From Thainema sp. (GTDB lineage: Bacteria > Cyanobacteriota > Cyanobacteriia > Phormidesmidales > Phormidesmidaceae): 64,000 nt of DNA. A program made the translations under genes and the position numbers. The notes beneath the pieces are model-generated. The model ran no database searches. It saw only the letters and a program-made list of their open reading frames with translations, and had not been told where the DNA came from. Location: positions 64,001 through 128,000 of the forward strand of contig JBQLZK010000006.1 in assembly GCA_052168235.1 (NCBI GenBank), in the 5' to 3' direction. Below, piece after piece: positions 49,179 through 57,439 of this stretch (the first letter of the stretch is position 1; each line of letters starts with the position of its first letter).

Positions 49179-50174
49179 GTGACAGCAACGTTGATGAGTA
49201 AGCCTACCCATCCCGGCATTAAACTCTCGCAACTCCGCGCCTTGGCTGCAGTGGCGGACTGCGGCAATTTTGGTGAGGCGGCTTGGCAGCTGGGGCTAAC
49301 TCAGCCGTCGGTCAGTCATGCGATCGCAACTTTAGAAGAAGAACTCGGTGTCGTTTTGGTCACACGCGGTCGGCACGGGGCACATCTCACGGCGGCGGGT
49401 CAGCAGATTTTGGAACCTGTTCAGCAGATCCTGTCGCTGGTGGACGATGTGGTGCAGCGGGCGGGGCAGCATCGGGGTTTAGATGGCGGTGAGGTGCGGA
49501 TTGCTACGTTTCGCAGTGCGGCAGCGCATTTATTACCCAAGCTGGTGGCTCAGTTCCAGGCGCAGTTTCCGGCCATTGAGGTGACGATCACGGAGCATTA
49601 TGACTATACCTACGTGGAGCAGGAGGTGCGCGAGGGCAAGGCAGATATTGGGATTACGTTTTTGCCGACAGCGAGTGAGTTCGACACAATTGAAATGCTG
49701 CGGGAGCAGTATGTGGCGGTGCTGCCAACCAGTTTTGTAGTTGAGGCTGATGGGGATGAGAGTGCTGATCCTGCTGTTGCCCACACAATTGAAACTCACG
49801 CTACAAAGCTATCAACAACCAACAATCTAACCTGGAACCAGATCAACCAACTGCCGCTGATTCTCTACCCCGATGACAACAGTTGCTATATAGATGTGCA
49901 GCGGTTCTTTCGGCAGGCAGGATACACGTTAAAGCCGCGCCATCAGTTTCGGGAGACCTCGACGATTTTGAATATGGTGGCGCAGGGGTTGGGGGTGGCG
50001 ATTTTGCCGCAGCTTTCGGCGTATACGCTGCCGGATGGGGTGAGGGTGGTGCAGTTGCCGGAGCGGTTGGAGCGGATTGTGGGGGCGATTATTCGGCTGG
50101 ATGCGTTGCATCCGCCGGCAATTTTTGCGTTTTTGGAGTTATTGAAAACTGGGTTATCAGGATTAAAGCCTTGA
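49179..50174 (+). CDS. LysR family transcriptional regulator
   Basis: QLRALAAVADCGNFGEAA..LGLTQPSVSHAIATLEEELG HTH; MVAQGLGVAILP. Confidence 0.93.
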   Translation: MTATLMSKPTHPGIKLSQLRALAAVADCGNFGEAAWQLGLTQPSVSHAIATLEEELGVVLVTRGRHGAHLTAAGQQILEPVQQILSLVDDVVQRAGQHRGLDGGEVRIATFRSAAAHLLPKLVAQFQAQFPAIEVTITEHYDYTYVEQEVREGKADIGITFLPTASEFDTIEMLREQYVAVLPTSFVVEADGDESADPAVAHTIETHATKLSTTNNLTWNQINQLPLILYPDDNSCYIDVQRFFRQAGYTLKPRHQFRETSTILNMVAQGLGVAILPQLSAYTLPDGVRVVQLPERLERIVGAIIRLDALHPPAIFAFLELLKTGLSGLKP

Positions 50175-50221
50175 GTGAAGTGAAAGGTTGCTCAGCAACC
50201 TTTCACTTCACTCAAGGCTTT
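50165..50221. repeat. Perfect 57-bp palindrome (28-bp arms) centred on GCTCAGC
   Basis: AAAGCCTTGAGTGAAGTGAAAGGTTGCT-C-AGCAACCTTTCACTTCACTCAAGGCTTT; contains the LysR stop codon. Confidence 0.95.
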
Positions 50222-50493
50222 TGGGAAATGTTTATTGGGTTGGGGTTGTTTGTTGGGTAAGGAAGGGCTGCTTCTGAGGGGACTAGCCCCCTCAGGCTCC
50301 CCCACTGGTGCGTTCCGACGCCCCAGGCCCCCCCGGACGAGGTGATCGGTGAGTGGGACTAAATCGCTTCGCTTTGCCGGGGAGGATCTGACGTTACTTG
50401 TCACGGCTCTCTTGGGTTTGGCGGAACGCCAAACCTATTACCCCCAACAGGTATCTGTTACCACTCAACACGTTAGCTTTTTTGGAGGGGGTC

Positions 50494-50544
50494 TGGGGGA
50501 CGCAACCGTCTCCCAGCGGGGGTGTGGGGGCAAGCCGCCCCCAC
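50494..50544. repeat. Twin GC-rich hairpin repeat
   Basis: CTGGGGGACGCAACCGTCTCCCAG followed by GTGGGGGCAAGCCGCCCCCAC. Confidence 0.6.
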
Positions 50545-50549
50545 AAACG

Positions 50550-50653
50550 GGGTTTTCGCTACTCCATCAAAACGTTAAGCAAGTCAGGGTTTTCGCTACT
50601 TCGCCAAAACGTTAAGCAAGCAAATCAGAATTTTCGCTACTCTCTAGAACGTT
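50550..50653. repeat. Tandem direct repeat of about 37-41 bp period, 2.6 copies
   Basis: GGGTTTTCGCTACTnnnnCAAAACGTTAAGCAAG at 50550 and 50587, with a partial third copy at 50631. Confidence 0.8.
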
Positions 50654-50679
50654 CTCAAACGACTAAAAGGCGCAGCCTT

Positions 50680-51678
50680 CTAACCATGTCGCTTCTGATG
50701 CCAGTTCCACGCATGACGAATAATCGTTGGCAGATCCGCATATTGGGGCTGCCAGCCCAGAATTGAGCGGGCTTTTTCGCTGCTGCCAACTAGAGCTGGT
50801 GGATCGCCGGGTCTGCGATCGCACTCTACCGCAGGAATGTTTCGTCCCGTTACCTGCCGCGCCACGTCGATCACTTCTCGCACGGAAAAACCGTTACCGT
50901 TGCCGAGGTTGAAAATGGCTGTCTCACCACCATTCAACAGATACTTGAGTCCCAACACATGAGCGTCAGCTAAATCCGTTACATGAATATAGTCGCGGAT
51001 GCAGGTGCCGTCGGGGGTGGGGTAGTCGGTGCCGAAGATGGAGATAGACTCTCGTTTGCCGAGGGCGGTTTGCAAGACGAGTGGAATCAGGTGGGTTTCG
51101 GGGTTGTGGTCTTCGCCGAGGCGACCTTCCGGATCGGCTCCGCAGGCGTTGAAGTAGCGGAAGCGGACGGAACGCAGGTCATAGGCATGGTCGAAGTCAT
51201 CTAGGATTTGCTCCACCATATATTTGCTGCGACCGTAGGGATTAATCGGATCCTGGGGATGATCTTCTGGGATGGGATTGGTTTTGGGGACGCCGTAGCT
51301 GGCGCAGGTGGAGGAGAAGACGAAGTTCTTCACGCCAGCGGCATTCATGGCTTCCAGCAGGGTGAGGGTGCCTGTAACGTTATTTTGGTAGTACTTGCCC
51401 GGATCGCTGACGGATTCACCCACATAGGCATAGGCAGCAAAGTGCATGACTGCGGCAACCTTATAGGAAGCAAATAGCTGATCGAGCAGCGTTCGATCGG
51501 CGGTGTCGCCTGCGATCATTTCAACCTGTAGGACTTGTTCGACCAGATCTTGGTGACCATACACGAGGTTGTCCAAAATCAGGACATCATAACCAGCCTG
51601 TTTGAGGGCTAGAACAGCGTGGGAGCCAATATATCCGGCTCCACCAGTTACCAAAACAAGGGGTTTTGCATCTGTCAC
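50680..51678 (-). CDS. galE: UDP-glucose 4-epimerase
   Basis: VTGGAGYIGSH, HFAAYAYVGES, PYGRSK, RYFNACGA and DGTCIRDYIHV. Confidence 0.95.
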   Translation of the reverse strand: MTDAKPLVLVTGGAGYIGSHAVLALKQAGYDVLILDNLVYGHQDLVEQVLQVEMIAGDTADRTLLDQLFASYKVAAVMHFAAYAYVGESVSDPGKYYQNNVTGTLTLLEAMNAAGVKNFVFSSTCASYGVPKTNPIPEDHPQDPINPYGRSKYMVEQILDDFDHAYDLRSVRFRYFNACGADPEGRLGEDHNPETHLIPLVLQTALGKRESISIFGTDYPTPDGTCIRDYIHVTDLADAHVLGLKYLLNGGETAIFNLGNGNGFSVREVIDVARQVTGRNIPAVECDRRPGDPPALVGSSEKARSILGWQPQYADLPTIIRHAWNWHQKRHG

Positions 51679-51874
51679 AGTGGTTCTCCTCCTAATGCTG
51701 AATATGCTGTCATGCCCAAATTGTCATATCACTTTAAGATCCTACAACTGTGCTGCCCGGAACTTTGTATTAGATTTATGGGACGGTGATGGGAGAGGCT
51801 GTAGCGGGTAGGTGCGCGATCGCAAATATCCCCACAAACGCAAACACAAACATCTGTAGGTGGTGTGAGCAACT

Positions 51875-53362
51875 ATGTTAGAAACCTTAGATCTGTCCCT
51901 GTCGCTGGACAAAGACACCTATAAAACCCAGATGAAGTCGCTGATGCAGCAGTTGCGGCAGCTTCAGAAAATGTGTTGGGAATCGGGATTGCCGTTTGTG
52001 ATTGTGTTGGAAGGCTGGGCGGCAGCGGGCAAGGGCAACATCGTCAAAATTGGCGCAGACTGCATGGATCCACGCGGCTTTCAGGTGCATCCCATCTGGC
52101 CGCCAACGGCGGAGGAAAAGCAGTATCCGTTTCTCTGGCGGTTTTGGCAAAAGCTGCCGGGGAAGGGTAGCGTAGCGCTGTTCTACCACAGTTGGTATAC
52201 CCATGTGCTGGAGGATCGGCTGTTTGATCGGGTGCCTGCGGAGGATGTGCCGACGGCGATGCGTCATATCAATGCTTTTGAACGCCAGTTGGCCGATGAA
52301 GGAGTTGCGATCGCAAAATTTTGGGTTCATCTCAGTAAGAAGGAGATGAAGAAGCGGCTGAAAAAATACGCCGACGATCCGCTGGAAGCGTGGCGGGTGC
52401 GCCCGGAGGACTGGCAGCAGCAGAAAAACTACAAGCAGTACACCGAATATGCCGAGGAAATGCTCACCTATACCAGCACTGGCCCTGCGCCTTGGACGCT
52501 GGTGGAAGGAGATTGCAGTCGCTGGGCGGAACTGAAAGTCTGGACGCAGGTGGCGGCCACGCTGACGACAGCACTCGATCGGCAAAAGATCACCTGTGTT
52601 GCGCCAAAGCTAGAACCCCAAACTCATCTCACGCCAGCGGAACCAGATTTGCTAGCTCAGGTGGATCTAAAGCAAAACCTATCGCCGGAAGACTATAAGC
52701 AGCAGTTGCGTGAGGCGCAAATTAAGCTGCGGGAACTCCAGTTGCGGATTTTTGAGCAGCAGGTGCCTGTCCTGGCCATCTTTGAAGGTTGGGATGCGGC
52801 GGGTAAGGGAGGTGCAATCAAGCGGCTAACGGCAACGCTCGATCCGCGCAGCTACAAAGTGCATCCCTTTGCCGCACCAACGGATGAAGAAAAGGCGCAC
52901 CACTACCTCTGGCGCTTCTGGCGACGCTTACCTCGGGCAGGCCAAATTGGTATCTTCGATCGCAGTTGGTATGGTCGGGTGCTGGTCGAACGGGTGGAAG
53001 GATTTGCCACTGAAACCGAATGGCGACGGGCTTATCAGGAAATCAACGAGTTTGAACTCCAGCTCACCAGCGCAGGCTATGTTTTAGTGAAATTCTGGCT
53101 GCACATTAGCCAAGAAGAACAGCTTGCACGTTTCGAGTCTCGCGGTGACGATCCGTTCAAGCAGCATAAGCTGACGGAAGAAGACTGGCGCAACCGCGAT
53201 CAGTGGGATTTATACTACGTTGCCGTCAACCAAATGGTGCAGCGCACGAGTACCCCGCAAGCGCCCTGGCATATCATCGCTGGCAATCACAAGTATCACG
53301 CCCGCGTGCAGGTCGTACAAACGGTAACGGAAGCAATGGAACGGGCGTTGAAGAAGCGTTGA
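51875..53362 (+). CDS. pap: Polyphosphate:AMP phosphotransferase (two-domain PPK2)
   Basis: Two PPK2 domains (EGWAAAGKG; EGWDAAGKGG...FDRSWYGRVLVERVEG). Confidence 0.9.
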   Translation: MLETLDLSLSLDKDTYKTQMKSLMQQLRQLQKMCWESGLPFVIVLEGWAAAGKGNIVKIGADCMDPRGFQVHPIWPPTAEEKQYPFLWRFWQKLPGKGSVALFYHSWYTHVLEDRLFDRVPAEDVPTAMRHINAFERQLADEGVAIAKFWVHLSKKEMKKRLKKYADDPLEAWRVRPEDWQQQKNYKQYTEYAEEMLTYTSTGPAPWTLVEGDCSRWAELKVWTQVAATLTTALDRQKITCVAPKLEPQTHLTPAEPDLLAQVDLKQNLSPEDYKQQLREAQIKLRELQLRIFEQQVPVLAIFEGWDAAGKGGAIKRLTATLDPRSYKVHPFAAPTDEEKAHHYLWRFWRRLPRAGQIGIFDRSWYGRVLVERVEGFATETEWRRAYQEINEFELQLTSAGYVLVKFWLHISQEEQLARFESRGDDPFKQHKLTEEDWRNRDQWDLYYVAVNQMVQRTSTPQAPWHIIAGNHKYHARVQVVQTVTEAMERALKKR

Positions 53363-53433
53363 GCGACAAAGAGCCAATCATTTCAAGCTAATGTTTAGAC
53401 CAAACTCTGTTTTAAGACGATTTATGCCGAGGT

Positions 53434-54330
53434 TTAATGTTTAGGTTTGCTCAATTGCTTGAATGTTCCAGGTCTCAGCAAACCATTTGCGATCGCAGTT
53501 CCTAATAACACCAACCCACAGCCTAAAATCATCGGAATTGTAATTGCTTCGCCCAGTGCGATCGCACCCCAGAGCATCGCAAATAACGGAATCAGATAGG
53601 CCACCGTCAGGGTTTTAGTAGGGCCAATGTTTTCAATCAGTCGAAAGTACAGCACATAGGCCACTGCCGTTGACAGCAGAGCCAGCGCGATCACTGCGGC
53701 CACAACGCCAGTCGTTGGTCGGGAGAGCGGCACAGTAAACGGCAGCACAGGCACAAGCAGACAGGCTGCACTCAGTTGACTGCCCGAAGCGATCACCAAT
53801 GAGGGAACGCCAGCCAGTGTTTTCTTGATATAAGGAGCTGCGATCGCATACATCAATGCCGCCGACAGGCCAGCCACGACCGCAGTTAAAAAGGCAGGCG
53901 TCGCATTGATTGCCTCCCAGCCCACCAGGACGACAACGCCTGTAAACCCCAGGGCAAACCCAATTGACCCCAGCAACGTGGGTTTTTCATGCAGCCAGAC
54001 GAGCGCCACAACGGTACCAAACAGCGGCACGGTTGCATTCAAAATCGCGGTGAATCCCGCCGGTAGTGAAACCGTGGCAAACGCAAACAGGACAAAGGGT
54101 AGTGCAGTATTCAGTGCACCCACAACCAGCAGCGGCAGCCAGTGGCGACGCACTTCACGCAGCAGATCCAGCCGGATCAGCAGCGGCAGCAAAGTCAAAC
54201 CTGCTAGCAACACCCGAAACTCAATCAGCCACACTGGGCCAAGTACGGGAGCCGCCACCCGCATAAACAAAAACGATCCACCCCAAAGCGATGCCAGCAA
54301 CAGCAGCTCTACAACATTCGAAATTTTCAT
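53434..54330 (-). CDS. DMT (EamA) family transporter
   Basis: LWGGSFLFMR, duplicated EamA halves and about ten TM helices. Confidence 0.9.
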   Translation of the reverse strand: MKISNVVELLLLASLWGGSFLFMRVAAPVLGPVWLIEFRVLLAGLTLLPLLIRLDLLREVRRHWLPLLVVGALNTALPFVLFAFATVSLPAGFTAILNATVPLFGTVVALVWLHEKPTLLGSIGFALGFTGVVVLVGWEAINATPAFLTAVVAGLSAALMYAIAAPYIKKTLAGVPSLVIASGSQLSAACLLVPVLPFTVPLSRPTTGVVAAVIALALLSTAVAYVLYFRLIENIGPTKTLTVAYLIPLFAMLWGAIALGEAITIPMILGCGLVLLGTAIANGLLRPGTFKQLSKPKH

Positions 54331-54374
54331 AATGCACCTATTACTCTGACTCTCTTTACAGCCCTTTACAGCCT

Positions 54375-55244
54375 TTACTCCTTACTCCTCACTCCTTGCA
54401 CTGCTTCCCAACTCAACATCGTCGTCTTCCGCTCTAGTCCCCAGCGATAACCACCCAGTTCACCTGAAGCCCGAATCACCCGGTGACAGGGGATCAAGTA
54501 GCCAATCGGATTGCGGCCAATCGCGTTACCAATCGCTCTCGCTGCTGTGGGTCGCCCAATTGATACCGCTAAATCCTGATAGGTAGTCATGCCTGCAAAG
54601 GGAACATTGAGCAGCGCCCGCCAAGCCTGAATTTGAAAGTTCGTGCCTTTAACGTGGAGTACTACAGGTGAATTATATTGAATTACGGAAAAGATGCGAT
54701 CGCACAGTTCTCCACTGATTTGTTGATCCTGCACAATCTCCGCATTGGCCCATTCAGCTTGTAAATGTTGCTCGGCTAACCTTACGTCCGGCTGATCGAG
54801 AAAGTGTAGATTGCAGATGCCTCGTGGAGTGGTTGCAATCAGACAGTGACCAAAGGGTGTGCCGTGAATCCCATAGCGAATCTGCAAGCCTGCGCCATTG
54901 GCTTTGAATTCACCGGGTGACATGGCTTCCAAGTTCACGAACAGATCATGCAGTCGCCCCGGACTGGATAAACCTGCGTCTGCCGTTAGATCCAGCAGGC
55001 TCTTCGTTTCTGCAATTTTCGACTTGGCATATTCAACCGTCAGGTACTGCGAAAACCGCTTCGGACTGATCCCAGCCCACTGGGTAAACAGCCGCTGAAA
55101 ATGGTACTCACTGAGATGAACCTGTTGGGCAACGGTTTTCAAGTCCGGCTGATCGAGATGGTGCTGCCGCATAAATGCGATCGCACGTGCCATCCGCTCA
55201 TAGGTATCACTGTTCGGAACCGTGATGTCTGATTGAGATTTCAT
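54375..55244 (-). CDS. Bifunctional AraC-type HTH / methylated-DNA-protein-cysteine methyltransferase (Ada-like)
   Basis: LSEYHFQRLFTQWAGISPKRF HTH, GTNFQ, and active site IPCHRVI. Confidence 0.92.
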   Translation of the reverse strand: MKSQSDITVPNSDTYERMARAIAFMRQHHLDQPDLKTVAQQVHLSEYHFQRLFTQWAGISPKRFSQYLTVEYAKSKIAETKSLLDLTADAGLSSPGRLHDLFVNLEAMSPGEFKANGAGLQIRYGIHGTPFGHCLIATTPRGICNLHFLDQPDVRLAEQHLQAEWANAEIVQDQQISGELCDRIFSVIQYNSPVVLHVKGTNFQIQAWRALLNVPFAGMTTYQDLAVSIGRPTAARAIGNAIGRNPIGYLIPCHRVIRASGELGGYRWGLERKTTMLSWEAVQGVRSKE

Positions 55245-55374
55245 GAAGACAGCTCATTCAAACGTGATTGTGTACGATACCGTTTCGCTTTTGGAGGCTA
55301 TAAATTGGTTTCGCTCGGTAGTTTGTATGCGTTTGATCCTCTACGACACGGCAAAGCCGACTGCACATACACAC

Positions 55375-55416
55375 TAAAATCGCCAATCTAAAATCGCCAA
55401 TCCAAAATCCAAAATC
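55375..55416. repeat. STRR heptamer tandem repeat
   Basis: CTAAAATCGCCAATCTAAAATCGCCAATCCAAAATCCAAAAT (7-bp period). Confidence 0.8.
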
Positions 55417-55478
55417 AGTATCAACCACTGTATCGACTGCGGTGCTAATCAACCACCCATTTCTTGCGGTAAAGTCCC

Positions 55479-55518
55479 AAAAAACGAATGTGTCGCCGTA
55501 TTCACGGCGACACATTCG
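55479..55518 (-). terminator. Intrinsic terminator after fbaB
   Basis: 15-bp perfect stem CGAATGTGTCGCCGT/ACGGCGACACATTCG with a T6 tract on the minus strand, 15 bp past the stop. Confidence 0.8.
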
Positions 55519-55533
55519 CGTCTTGTAAATCAT

Positions 55534-56616
55534 CTATGCGATCGTAATTTCAGGCGATAAATACACGTCCTGAATCATGTGGAACAGCTTGACGCCTTCT
55601 TCCATTGGTCGCTGGAATGTCTTACGACCCGAGATCAAACCGCAGCCACCAGCCCGCTTATTGACTACCGCAGTGCGAATCGCCTCGGCAAAGTCGTCCT
55701 TGCCCGATGCGCCACCGGAATTAATCAATCCCGCCCGTCCGGCGTAGCAGTTCAGCACCTGATAGCGGGTCAGGTCAATCGGGTGATCACTAGAGAGTTC
55801 GTCGTAAACTAAGTCACTCGTCTTGCCGTAGCTCTTGCCCGTAGCCTGTGCCACTGCGCCATAGCCGTTATTCACATTGGGCAGCTTTTGCTTGATGATA
55901 TCGGCCTCAATCGTTGCGCCGATGTGATTCGCCTGTCCGGTCAGATCGGCGGCAAGATGATAATCCTTATCCTGTTTAAAGACGTTATTGCGGATGTAGC
56001 ACCAGAGAATCGTGGCCATACCCAGTTCATGAGCACGAGCAAAGGCTTCTCGCACCTCAATAATCTGGCGGTTTGATTCCGGTGAGCCGAAGTACACGGT
56101 CGCACCCACGGCCACAGCACCCAAATTCCAAGCCTGCTCTACCGACGAGAACATGATTTGGTCATATTCGTTGGGGTAGGTCAGCAGCTCGCTGTGGTTT
56201 AATTTGACGATGAACGGAATCTTGTGGGCGTACTTGCGAGAAACGCTGCCCAACACGCCGAGCGTGGTCGCGACGGCATTGCAGCCACCTTCAATCGCCA
56301 GTTTGAGAATATTTTCGGGATCAAAGTAAATCGGGTTGGGCGCAAACGATGCGGCGGCTGAATGTTCAATTCCCTGGTCAACGGGCAGAATTGACATATA
56401 TCCAGTATTGGCCAACCGTCCAGTGCCATAAAGCTGCTGTAAACTACGCAGCACCTGCGGATTGCGATCGCTGTGGCTAAAAATACGATCGACCCAGTCG
56501 GGGCTTGGCAAATGCAGTAAGTCCTTCGAGACCTTTGCCTGGTACATCAGCAGATTTTCGGCCTCATCGCCTAGAAGTGACTCAATCGACTGTGGCGAAG
56601 AAAGTGTTGCAACCAC
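55534..56616 (-). CDS. fbaB: Class I fructose-bisphosphate aldolase
   Basis: [29 protein letters not shown] and GLISGRK; GTG 56616 gives 360 aa. Confidence 0.92.
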   Translation of the reverse strand: MVATLSSPQSIESLLGDEAENLLMYQAKVSKDLLHLPSPDWVDRIFSHSDRNPQVLRSLQQLYGTGRLANTGYMSILPVDQGIEHSAAASFAPNPIYFDPENILKLAIEGGCNAVATTLGVLGSVSRKYAHKIPFIVKLNHSELLTYPNEYDQIMFSSVEQAWNLGAVAVGATVYFGSPESNRQIIEVREAFARAHELGMATILWCYIRNNVFKQDKDYHLAADLTGQANHIGATIEADIIKQKLPNVNNGYGAVAQATGKSYGKTSDLVYDELSSDHPIDLTRYQVLNCYAGRAGLINSGGASGKDDFAEAIRTAVVNKRAGGCGLISGRKTFQRPMEEGVKLFHMIQDVYLSPEITIA

Positions 56617-56781
56617 GGCAGTAATCCTAAATTCAACAATGAGAAAAGAGAATTGACGTTCAGTCTGGGTGTGATAAGTAGCTGCACACAAACAAATGCA
56701 CAACTTAAAAACTGGGGGCTCGCCGTTCCGGGGCATCTCCCCCGACTTTTACCTGCGTTTATTTATGCCAACCTACTTACT

Positions 56782-56886
56782 TATAGCAGTAGCCGTATCG
56801 GTTAAGACATCGGGAAACTCTGAAAACGGTCGAAGGTTTGAACGTCGGATTGTGTAACTGTCTCAACCCAAATGATGACGACTATA
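56782..56886. mobile_element. MITE-like element with TATAG...CTATA ends
   Basis: 28-bp imperfect terminal inverted repeats (19/28): TATAGCAGTAGCCGTATCGGTTAAGACA / TGTCTCAACCCAAATGATGACGACTATA; TA ends as in IS630-type elements. Confidence 0.55.
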
Positions 56887-56969
56887 AAATGCTCTTTTCT
56901 CCCCCAAGGCTATCTCACCTTGCCGGATTGAAAGGTCTATTTATTGACAGATATTCCTAAAGAAATTCT

Positions 56970-57338
56970 ATGGTTTTACACTGCCACGACGTATTTCTAA
57001 CCTTAGCAACTGTAAAGTTTGAGCCACTTGTGGCGTTTTATCAGCAGCTTTTCGAACAGCCACCCCAGCCCCACATTCCCCAGTCCTACGCTGAGTTTCA
57101 TCTCCCTGGGCTGCGGCTAGCGATCTTTCAGCCTAGAGCCGATCACGCGGCAGAGTTTAGCGCACCCTCTAGTGGCGGCATGAGCTTATGTGTGGAAGTG
57201 GAAAACTTGGAAAGTGCGATCGCGCATTTAACTCATATGGGCTATCCACCCACGCAGCCCATTATTACCGCATCCCACGGTCGAGAAATCTACATTACCG
57301 ATCCCGATGGCAATCGGCTGATTCTCCATCAGTCATAA
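56970..57338 (+). CDS. VOC/glyoxalase family protein
   Basis: FYQQLF...SLCVEVENLE...HGREIYITDPDGNRL. Confidence 0.88.
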   Translation: MVLHCHDVFLTLATVKFEPLVAFYQQLFEQPPQPHIPQSYAEFHLPGLRLAIFQPRADHAAEFSAPSSGGMSLCVEVENLESAIAHLTHMGYPPTQPIITASHGREIYITDPDGNRLILHQS

Positions 57339-57340
57339 CT

Positions 57341-57407
57341 GTAGGGGCGGGTCTAGCCGATCAGCGATCATCACAGATCCAAACTGGTCAACAAAATCCG
57401 CCCCTAC
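57341..57407. repeat. REPIN-like element
   Basis: GTAGGGGCGG ... CCGCCCCTAC perfect 10-bp inverted ends with GTAG feet, between convergent genes. Confidence 0.7.
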
Positions 57408-57439
57408 CTAGCGTTTCGTTCTACGACAATCTTGGAACA

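Noticed and set aside
50550..50653. CRISPR array
   Set aside because: Repeats are nearly contiguous (3-7 bp apart), fewer than three full copies, with no unique spacers and no cas genes.
50192..50766. Short ORFs across the LysR-galE spacer
   Set aside because: They are translations of palindromes and tandem repeats with no coding signal.
51887..52585. 232-aa minus-strand ORF
   Set aside because: Antisense shadow of pap.
55258..55533. 91-aa minus-strand ORF
   Set aside because: It runs through the fbaB terminator and an STRR array; DFGFWIGDFRLAI is repeat-derived.
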